Assembly (NCBI RefSeq): GCF_049667265.1
Contig: NZ_JBATHX010000164.1
Coordinates: 1 to 47,790 of the forward strand
DNA: 47,790 nt
DNA from: Algibacter sp.
GTDB taxonomy: Bacteria > Bacteroidota > Bacteroidia > Flavobacteriales > Flavobacteriaceae
Direction: 5' to 3'
Shown here one piece after another: positions 26,560-34,176 of the stretch. Numbering within the stretch: position 1 is the stretch's first letter; the number at the start of each line of letters is the position of its first letter. A program made the position numbers and the translations under genes. The notes below the pieces were generated by a model. It saw only the letters and a program-made list of their open reading frames with translations. It searched no databases and had not been told where the DNA came from.

Positions 26560-27817
26560 TTATTGGTTTAGTAGAATCCATATATATCCAACATACAATT
26601 GCAATCATGCCCAGAATGGCTGCCAAGAAAAAGAACGGATCGTTAGAGCCTGTCCATGACTGTAAATATGGGAATGCCAAAGCCGTTGCAAAAGCACCTA
26701 TATTGCCAGCCATATTCATCATGCCTGATACTTTACCCGAGTGTTCTTTGCCTATATCCATACAAAATGACCACGAAGGACTTAAAGTCATGTCAGCACC
26801 AAAAATAGCTACTGATAGACATAAAACCGCACCTAAGGCTGTGTCCATATACAAGCTAGAGATTATCCCTGTAATAACCAATATAAAACCTATAATTGCT
26901 GGTATTTGTCTTGATGCTTTCCACTTTCCTGTTTTGTAAATAGCATCTACAGTATAGCCAGACACCCAGTTTCCTAATGCACCAGCCAGTAGTGGCATCA
27001 TCGCGTAAAATCCTGTAGTTACTAAATTCAAATCATACTTCGCTTTTATGTATGGAAACAACCAAGTTAACATAAAAAAGAAAATAAAATTACTGCCAAT
27101 GTATTGAATCATGGCTAGAATGACATTTTTCGAATTTAAAATTTTACTTATTGATAAAGGTTCAGCCGGTGTTTCCTTTTTCTGTTGACGGTTTTTAATG
27201 ATAAAATCCTTTTCAATTTCTGAAATACCACTATGTTCTTCGGGTTTGTTTCTAAAAAGCAAATAAAATAATATAGAACATAAAATGCCTACTGCGCCAA
27301 AAAAATAGAATATAGTGCGCCATCCCCATGCATCAATAAGATAAGCTACTAATGGAAGTGCAAAGGCTGCTCCTAATCGTGATCCAGAAAAATTAATCCC
27401 TTGAAAAATGCCACGCTCCTTTAATGGCACCCAAGAATATGCTGCCCTTGAAATGTTTGGAAATGCACCGGCTTCACCAGCTCCAAAAATAAATCGTGCT
27501 AAAAGCATAGATATATAGTTCCATGCAAATCCGGTTAATGCAGTGAAAATAGACCATATTACCATGATGGAAGTCATTACTTTTCTAACACCATATTTAT
27601 CCCCTAATGCGCCACCTGGCACTTGAAATAAGGCATAACCTAAAGCAAAAGCACTTAAAACCCAACCCATTTCTATATCATTCAAAAGTAAATCGGCACT
27701 TATGGAATCTTTTGCAGAAGAAATACAGACACGATCAATGTATAACAGTAATGTTATTAAAAATGAACCGGCAAAGAATCCATATCTTTTTTTCGGTATT
27801 GGTTGGTCTGTGCTCAT
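26546..27817 (-). CDS. MFS transporter, anion:cation symporter (glucarate/galactonate-type)
   Basis: YIDRVCIS, LSAFALGYALFQVPGG, GAGEAGAFP, WVPLKERG, SGMMNMAGNIG; about 12 hydrophobic segments. Confidence 0.92.
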   Translation of the reverse strand: MSTDQPIPKKRYGFFAGSFLITLLLYIDRVCISSAKDSISADLLLNDIEMGWVLSAFALGYALFQVPGGALGDKYGVRKVMTSIMVIWSIFTALTGFAWNYISMLLARFIFGAGEAGAFPNISRAAYSWVPLKERGIFQGINFSGSRLGAAFALPLVAYLIDAWGWRTIFYFFGAVGILCSILFYLLFRNKPEEHSGISEIEKDFIIKNRQQKKETPAEPLSISKILNSKNVILAMIQYIGSNFIFFFMLTWLFPYIKAKYDLNLVTTGFYAMMPLLAGALGNWVSGYTVDAIYKTGKWKASRQIPAIIGFILVITGIISSLYMDTALGAVLCLSVAIFGADMTLSPSWSFCMDIGKEHSGKVSGMMNMAGNIGAFATALAFPYLQSWTGSNDPFFFLAAILGMIAIVCWIYMDSTKPIIDEN

Positions 27818-27818
27818 G

Positions 27819-29219
27819 TTATGATAGTTTTTGTATTATTTCTGAAAGTGATTTTTCATTGCCTACATTACCAGGGAAAACGATATATGGTAACCCAGGA
27901 AATCTAGTTTCTTTGCCCATCCCCCAAACAGGAACACCTGGTAAAATCTGTCCTAAAACTTTAGAACGTTGCATTCTTAATCCTTTTGTTGCTAAATCAT
28001 GCGAAGTTATGCCGCCTTTAGCCAATAAGTATTTTGGGCGTTCTTTTATACCAGTTACTAAATCAACTAAGGCTTGAGATACTTTTGAAGCAATATTGAT
28101 ATTTGAATCGGCACTTTTTCCTATAATTAATTTTCTGCTTGTATATACAATCACATCTTTGCCATGACCAATAGTTTCGTCGATTTTCGAAATTATTAAT
28201 GCTAAGTAAACTTTTGATTTATCGCTCAAAATAACTTCAACATCTATTTCTATGAGCTCTTTTTCTGAGGTGTTTTCTATAACATATTTAAGTTGAGACG
28301 ATGATTTAGGCACATAAGACCCTACAATTGTTAAACCCCCATTTTTATTATTAGAATCAATTATGGCTTCTGGAGTTAATAATGGTTTTGGCTCTAAGCC
28401 TATGTATGAGGGAACAAACGAACTTGAGGTGCGATATAATATCTGTTTTCCTGATTTTTCAGCCTGTAATAAAGCTTGAGTTACTTTATCTAAATCATTG
28501 TAATTTAAGGCGTTAATAATGCAAAACTTTCCTGGTGGTATGGAATGTATTTTTGAGGTTAATGATTTAATATTCAGAGTTCTAATGGACTCTATGTCAA
28601 GTGAAACTACAGTGTCTGCTTTTGTGCTTTTTCTAGTTTTTTCCTCAATGTAAGATTTTAAATTGGCATGTGTATATCCAAAAGTATGGTCGGTAGAAAA
28701 TGCAGTTTTGTTAACAGGAACTAATTGATCATTTTCACAGATATAATGAACGTCGTTTACGGTAACTCTTCCGCCTTCAAACATAACCGGTATGAACATT
28801 GTAATAGCATCTTTATAATGTCCAGATTTTTGGATAGCTTCAATTTCTGAAAAATGACCTCTTAAAGTAGAGTCGCTTCGACTGATTATGGTAAAGTTAC
28901 GGTTTGTAAGTTGTGACGCTTTTAGAATATTTTTTGAAATTTCCTGATAGATTTCAGTAGATTTTTCTTCGCTCAAGCTCCTCGAATTAGTTAATATAAA
29001 TAAAATTGGCGTTTCTTTTTGAAACTCATTTATAAAAGTATCTAACTCCCATTGGGTTAAAAGTGGAATGTCATAGACGGTCTGATTTCCTGTTGGATCA
29101 TCATCGATAACAATACATGTTTTATTTGAAGTTTTAAACGATATTTTATTCAATTTCCTGTAATCAGAAGTATCTTCTAATGGTAATTGTTCTGATATGT
29201 GTTTTAAGGAGGTAGTCAT
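27819..29219 (-). CDS. Four-carbon acid sugar kinase family (DUF1537)
   Basis: IVIDDDPTGNQTV, TNSRSL, SRSDSTLRGHF, IVGSYVPKS, LAKGGITS, VFPGNVG. Confidence 0.9.
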   Translation of the reverse strand: MTTSLKHISEQLPLEDTSDYRKLNKISFKTSNKTCIVIDDDPTGNQTVYDIPLLTQWELDTFINEFQKETPILFILTNSRSLSEEKSTEIYQEISKNILKASQLTNRNFTIISRSDSTLRGHFSEIEAIQKSGHYKDAITMFIPVMFEGGRVTVNDVHYICENDQLVPVNKTAFSTDHTFGYTHANLKSYIEEKTRKSTKADTVVSLDIESIRTLNIKSLTSKIHSIPPGKFCIINALNYNDLDKVTQALLQAEKSGKQILYRTSSSFVPSYIGLEPKPLLTPEAIIDSNNKNGGLTIVGSYVPKSSSQLKYVIENTSEKELIEIDVEVILSDKSKVYLALIISKIDETIGHGKDVIVYTSRKLIIGKSADSNINIASKVSQALVDLVTGIKERPKYLLAKGGITSHDLATKGLRMQRSKVLGQILPGVPVWGMGKETRFPGLPYIVFPGNVGNEKSLSEIIQKLS

Positions 29220-29854
29220 TAATATTTTTCAATAGCAATAACACGAGCAGGAGAACCATCTCCGTTTTTAATTTTTAAAGGAAGTGCTATGAGTTCAACA
29301 CAATTTGATTGTAATTTTTCAAGATTAGTAAGTCCTTCTATAATAACTACGCCTTTCAATAAAATTTCATGAATCGTGGTAACTTCAGTTAAATTATTAA
29401 CATCGGCCACTGATGGTGGTTCAACGCCAATCATTTTGACCTTTTTATCTAGACACCATAACGCTAAAGATTCACTAATTCGGGGTAATTCATCTCTATA
29501 TTTTGGAGTGTTTACATATTTTGACCACCCTGTCCATAATATCAAACTATCACCTTGGATAAATTTTTCTTTAATATTTTGAGGAATATGTTCTGGATTT
29601 ATTAATCCTCTTGCTCCAATATGCCGAACATCAACAACCCAAGCGCGTCCAATAACATCTGCAACAGGAATGTCATCGATGGTTTGATTACTTACATTAA
29701 AATGAATGGGCGCATCCATATGGGTGCCACAATGAGAGTAAAAAGTTAAAGTACTCGCATTCCACCCATCTTTACCAATGGTTTTACTGGTTTCTATTGA
29801 AAAACCAGTAAAATCATTAGTATATGTTAAAGTAAGATCTACAATCCTTGACAT
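29219..29854 (-). CDS. Cyclase family (kynurenine-formamidase-like) metal-dependent hydrolase
   Basis: Signature HxGTHxDxPxH (HCGTHMDAPIH), IIEGLTNL, ALPLKIKNGDGSPARVIA. Confidence 0.92.
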   Translation of the reverse strand: MSRIVDLTLTYTNDFTGFSIETSKTIGKDGWNASTLTFYSHCGTHMDAPIHFNVSNQTIDDIPVADVIGRAWVVDVRHIGARGLINPEHIPQNIKEKFIQGDSLILWTGWSKYVNTPKYRDELPRISESLALWCLDKKVKMIGVEPPSVADVNNLTEVTTIHEILLKGVVIIEGLTNLEKLQSNCVELIALPLKIKNGDGSPARVIAIEKY

Positions 29855-29860
29855 GTATAT

Positions 29861-30910
29861 TTATAAGTTTTTAATCACCGCATCAGCAACTTCTTTTGTG
29901 CCTGCAGTTCCTCCTAAGTCTTTCGTTAGAACACCCTGTTCGGTGCTTTTGTCAATAGCCTGCATGATATTGTTAGCAGCCTCAACCTCGCCTAAATGTT
30001 CTAACATGATGGCTGCCGACCAAATTTGGCCATAAGGATTTGCAATATTATTTCCTGCAATATCTGGTGCAGACCCATGGATTGGTTCAAACATAGATGG
30101 GAACTCTTTCTCTGGATTAATATTTCCACTTCCGCCTAAACCTAAACTTCCCATGATGGCACCACCTAAATCGCTTAATATATCTCCAAATAAGTTGGTT
30201 GTTAATACTACATCAAAATCTTCTGGCTTTAATACAAAATTAGCAGTACAGTTATCAATATACATTTGGTCGTGAGCTACATCTGGGTATTGTGTTGCAA
30301 CCTCTTTTATAACCCGATCCCAATAGCTTAAACTATTTATTAAAGTATTAGATTTAGTAATATGTGTCACTTTGTTGCGTCTTTTTCTGGCTAGTTTAAA
30401 GGCATAATGCGCCACACGTTCAATACCTTTTCTAGTGAAAACACTAGTGTCAATACCCATGCCTTCGGCAGAATCGGGTAAATATTGACCTCCCATTTGT
30501 ACAAACTCACCTTCTACATTCTCTCTAACAATAACAAAATCAATATGCTTTTCGGTTCTTAGTGGTCTTGTTACTCCAGGATATGTTCTTACTGGTCTGT
30601 GGTTTACATACTGATTAAAATTAGCACGCACCTTAAAGGTGTAATCTTTTGCAGGAAGTGTATCATCAACAGCGGGTAACCCAACAGAGCCAAAATAAAT
30701 GGCGTCAAATTTCTTAAGTGTTTCCAATCCATTTTCCGGTAGAAATTTACCGTTTTTTAAATAATATCCAGCACCCCAATCAAATTTTTGAGATGTGATA
30801 TTAAAGTTGTGTTTTTTTGCTACTGCTTCTAAAACTCTATAGCCTTCTGGTACAATTTCGTTTCCAATACCATCTCCTGGAACAACGGCTATGTTGTAAT
30901 TTTTACTCAT
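29861..30910 (-). CDS. Tartrate/D-malate/isopropylmalate dehydrogenase family protein
   Basis: IAVVPGDGIGNEI, QYVNHRP, VRENVEGEF, TKSN, NLFGDILSDL, SMFEPIHGSAPDIAG, DLGG. Confidence 0.92.
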   Translation of the reverse strand: MSKNYNIAVVPGDGIGNEIVPEGYRVLEAVAKKHNFNITSQKFDWGAGYYLKNGKFLPENGLETLKKFDAIYFGSVGLPAVDDTLPAKDYTFKVRANFNQYVNHRPVRTYPGVTRPLRTEKHIDFVIVRENVEGEFVQMGGQYLPDSAEGMGIDTSVFTRKGIERVAHYAFKLARKRRNKVTHITKSNTLINSLSYWDRVIKEVATQYPDVAHDQMYIDNCTANFVLKPEDFDVVLTTNLFGDILSDLGGAIMGSLGLGGSGNINPEKEFPSMFEPIHGSAPDIAGNNIANPYGQIWSAAIMLEHLGEVEAANNIMQAIDKSTEQGVLTKDLGGTAGTKEVADAVIKNL

Positions 30911-30961
30911 AATTAATTAATTTTTTGATTGTGTTTTATACAACTCTTTAAATTTTAAATT

Positions 30962-31006
30962 CAAATTTAAAGTATAAATACATATTAACTCACCTGTACT
31001 TTACTG
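30962..31006 (-). promoter_or_regulatory. PUL regulon promoter for the five-gene acid-sugar operon
   Basis: Minus strand reads CAGTAAAG-ta-CAGGTGAG-N19-TAAATTTG (perfect TAnnTTTG), about 50 nt before the ATG at 30910. Confidence 0.65.
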
Positions 31007-31316
31007 CTTGGGTGCAAAATTATGCGAATTTTCAAATACTATAAATTAAAAAAATCAGTTTTAGAGAATCAAAAACTGAGTTTTAAATATCTCTAAAGCT
31101 TTTTTACCGGGATCAAGAGTATTACAACATTACTAAAAAATAATTCAGACTTTTAGAAAAGTGACCTCAAATGTTACCATAAAAATTAAGAGTTGTAAAA
31201 TGAACGTATTTTTAATCAAGTTCCAAGAATTGCCCACTGCCTGTGCTTTTGGTGCTTTTCAAAGATGTAGCAGAAGTGAACTGCACAATACAGTAAGCTA
31301 AAATATTTGTTAATAT

Positions 31317-31361
31317 CAAGACACATCAGGATAGTTTTGTTTTAAAAAAAAGAGATATTGC
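31317..31361 (+). promoter_or_regulatory. PUL regulon site for the GH78 operon
   Basis: CAAGACAC-at-CAGGATAG (31327-31334)-N19-GATATTGC (weak -7). Confidence 0.6.
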
Positions 31362-31388
31362 TAGCTCCAAAAATTAAATGAATTATAA

Positions 31389-34172
31389 GTGCTTTACAAA
31401 AACCTGTTTTATCAAGTTTTATTTTTTTTTCTTTTTTTAGGAGTCGCTTCCTGTTCAAAAGATGTTGTTCAAAATCCCGAGAAGTTAACAATTTCAGAAG
31501 GCTTTAAAAATCCTATAGGGTTTTACAACCCAAATCCAACATTTACTTGGGAACTTCCGGTTTCTGAAACAATAAAATCACAAACAGCTTATCAAATTGT
31601 TGCAGCTTCTTCAAAAGATATGTTGCCAAATAATCCAGATTTGTGGGATTCTGAAAAGCAGGAAAGTACGCAATCTACTTTTGTAAATTATCAAGGAAAA
31701 AAATTAGAATCACGTCAAAACGTGTTTTGGCAAGTACGCTATTGGAACCAAGAAGGAATAGCTTCGGAGTGGAGCGACATCAATACGTTCGAATTAGGGC
31801 TTTTAAAAAATTCAGATTGGCAAGCCAAATGGACAGGTTTAGATACAGCAAAAGATAGTATTAAAGGTGTTCGTAACTTTTTGATGCACAGGCCGCAGTA
31901 CTTAAGAAAAGGTTTTGAATTACCATTAGATGTTGAATCTGCGAGATTATACTTTACAGCCAAAGGTGTTTTTGATGTGCATTTAAATGGAAAAGACGTG
32001 AGTGATGATGTGCTTCCTCCTGGTTGGACGCCTTACAATAAACGCATTGAAACGCTAAGCTATGATGTTGGTGAGTTTTTGACTTCAGGAGATAATATCA
32101 TAGGCGTAGAATTAGCATCAGGTTGGCATTCTGGAAGAATTAGTAGGGGACAAGCTTTATATGAAAACTTTGCATCACCTAAAATTTTATGTCAGTTAGA
32201 AGTCACTTTAAAAAATGGCACAAAAACGACTATCGTTTCAGATCAATCATGGAAAGGTACAACCAATGGTCCCATTAGATTAGCAAGTTTATATGATGGT
32301 GAAGTTTATGATGCCAATTTAGAAATGCCAAATTGGGCAACGACTAATTTTGATGATACATCATGGAAAACTGCGGAAACTGAGGCTGTGGTAGATAGTG
32401 TAAAGCTAGAACCTAAGCGTCATGCAACGGTTAAAACGACAAAGATATTAGAAGATGTAGCCATTGTATCATCCACAAAAGAATCCGTAATATTCAACAT
32501 GAAACAGAATATGTTGGGGGTTCCAAAAGTAAATGTGCCGATGAAAAAAGGCGATACACTTACCATCCGTTTTTCCGAAATGTTACTAGCTGATGGAACG
32601 TTTTATACCGATAATTACCGTTCGGCAAAATCAACCGATTATTATATTGCTGCCACAGATGGTGTAATTGAATACACACCAAAATTTACGTTTCATGGGT
32701 ATCAATATGTAGAATTATCTGGATATGATGCTTCAGTAGAACCAAATGCGAGTTGGATAAAAGGTTTGGTGCAACATTCTAATTTTTCAGAAAACGGTTC
32801 ATTTACGTCTTCACACGATAAATTAAATCAATTGCAAAGTAATATTACATGGGGATTGCGCGACAATCTCTTAGATATACCAACTGATTGTCCGCAGCGC
32901 GATGAACGATTAGGATGGACAGGCGATGCGCAAGTGATTTCGCCAACAGCCATGTTTAATTTTAATACGCATGCCCTTTGGACGGCTTGGTTACAAAGTA
33001 TGCGCGAAACACAAACGGAGCATGATGATGGTTTAATTCCTTTTATTATTCCTGATGTACTTCAAAGAAATAATGCAAGCTCAGGCTGGGGGGATGCTTG
33101 TGTCATTATTCCATGGGATATCTATAATATTACAGGAGATAAAACCGTGTTGGAAGAGAATTTTGAAATGGGTAAAAAATGGGTAGGCTATTACCAGTCT
33201 AAAGCAAAAGATTTTATTCCAGATACACACTCGTTTGCAGATTGGTTGCAACCTTATCCTGAGAAAGATGGGAAAATGGGAAATAGAGGTGATACACCAA
33301 GGTTGTTTGTAAACACAGCGTATTTTGCACACTCCGCACATTTAGTCTCAAAAATAGCTGGTGTTCTTGGTAAAACGGAAGATGAAAAAAAATACAAAGC
33401 ATTATATAATGACATTGCAGCTGCTTTTGAATCTAAGTTTTTTGATGAAGAGGGGAAATTCATAAGTAAAAAACAAACTCAAACCAGTTATTTGTTAGCG
33501 ATATATTTTGATTTGCTAAAACCAGAAACTAAAGTAAAAGCGCAAAAACATTTGTTAGAAGAAATAAAAAATGCCGATTACCATTTAGGAACAGGTTTTT
33601 TAGGAACGCCAATATTGCCAAAGGTTTTAGATGATATGGGTGAGATTGATTTAATGTATAAAATATTATTCAAGGAAACCTACCCGTCATGGTTTTATTC
33701 CATAAATCAAGGGGCTACAACCATGTGGGAACGTTGGAATAGTTATAGTAAAGAAGGCGGTTATAACCCACAAAGTATGAATAGTTTAAACCATTATGCC
33801 TATGGCGCTGTTGGACAATGGATGTATGAGCGTATAGCAGGTTTAGCAGCTTTAGAGCCTGGTTATAAAAAAATAAGAATAGCACCTATGCCAAATACTC
33901 AGTTTTTAACTTCAGCATCAGCAAGTGTAAATACGTCTTACGGAGAAGCATCTGCTTCATGGAATATAGAAAATGATGTTTTTAATTTGGAAACAGTAAT
34001 CCCTCCAAACACAACCGCAGAAGTTATTATTCCTTATGGTACAATTGATAATCTTTCAGTAAATGGTAGTGACTTTAAGGAAAATGCAAACTTAAAACTA
34101 GAAAATTCAGAAGGCACGTTAATTAAAATAACGGCCAATCCTGGTACATATCAATTCCGATCTAAACTTTAA
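31389..34172 (+). CDS. GH78 alpha-L-rhamnosidase, lipoprotein (GTG start; 5' end uncertain)
   Basis: PTFTWE, PKFTFHGYQYVE, DIPTDCPQRDERLGWTGDAQ, TGFLGTP, GATTMWERWN, MNSLNHYAYG. Lipobox VASC. Confidence 0.95.
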   Translation: MLYKNLFYQVLFFFLFLGVASCSKDVVQNPEKLTISEGFKNPIGFYNPNPTFTWELPVSETIKSQTAYQIVAASSKDMLPNNPDLWDSEKQESTQSTFVNYQGKKLESRQNVFWQVRYWNQEGIASEWSDINTFELGLLKNSDWQAKWTGLDTAKDSIKGVRNFLMHRPQYLRKGFELPLDVESARLYFTAKGVFDVHLNGKDVSDDVLPPGWTPYNKRIETLSYDVGEFLTSGDNIIGVELASGWHSGRISRGQALYENFASPKILCQLEVTLKNGTKTTIVSDQSWKGTTNGPIRLASLYDGEVYDANLEMPNWATTNFDDTSWKTAETEAVVDSVKLEPKRHATVKTTKILEDVAIVSSTKESVIFNMKQNMLGVPKVNVPMKKGDTLTIRFSEMLLADGTFYTDNYRSAKSTDYYIAATDGVIEYTPKFTFHGYQYVELSGYDASVEPNASWIKGLVQHSNFSENGSFTSSHDKLNQLQSNITWGLRDNLLDIPTDCPQRDERLGWTGDAQVISPTAMFNFNTHALWTAWLQSMRETQTEHDDGLIPFIIPDVLQRNNASSGWGDACVIIPWDIYNITGDKTVLEENFEMGKKWVGYYQSKAKDFIPDTHSFADWLQPYPEKDGKMGNRGDTPRLFVNTAYFAHSAHLVSKIAGVLGKTEDEKKYKALYNDIAAAFESKFFDEEGKFISKKQTQTSYLLAIYFDLLKPETKVKAQKHLLEEIKNADYHLGTGFLGTPILPKVLDDMGEIDLMYKILFKETYPSWFYSINQGATTMWERWNSYSKEGGYNPQSMNSLNHYAYGAVGQWMYERIAGLAALEPGYKKIRIAPMPNTQFLTSASASVNTSYGEASASWNIENDVFNLETVIPPNTTAEVIIPYGTIDNLSVNGSDFKENANLKLENSEGTLIKITANPGTYQFRSKL

Positions 34173-34176
34173 TTAA

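Noticed and set aside
29861..30910. Calling this gene leuB, dmlA or ttuC
   Set aside because: Not in a leu operon, catalytic Tyr is absent, and the context points to another substrate, so no symbol was assigned.
31050..31100. Short inverted repeats (tcagtttt/aaaactga; tttagaga/tctctaaa) in the divergent intergenic region
   Set aside because: Short and AT-rich, compatible with chance; no recombinase nearby to suggest an invertible promoter.
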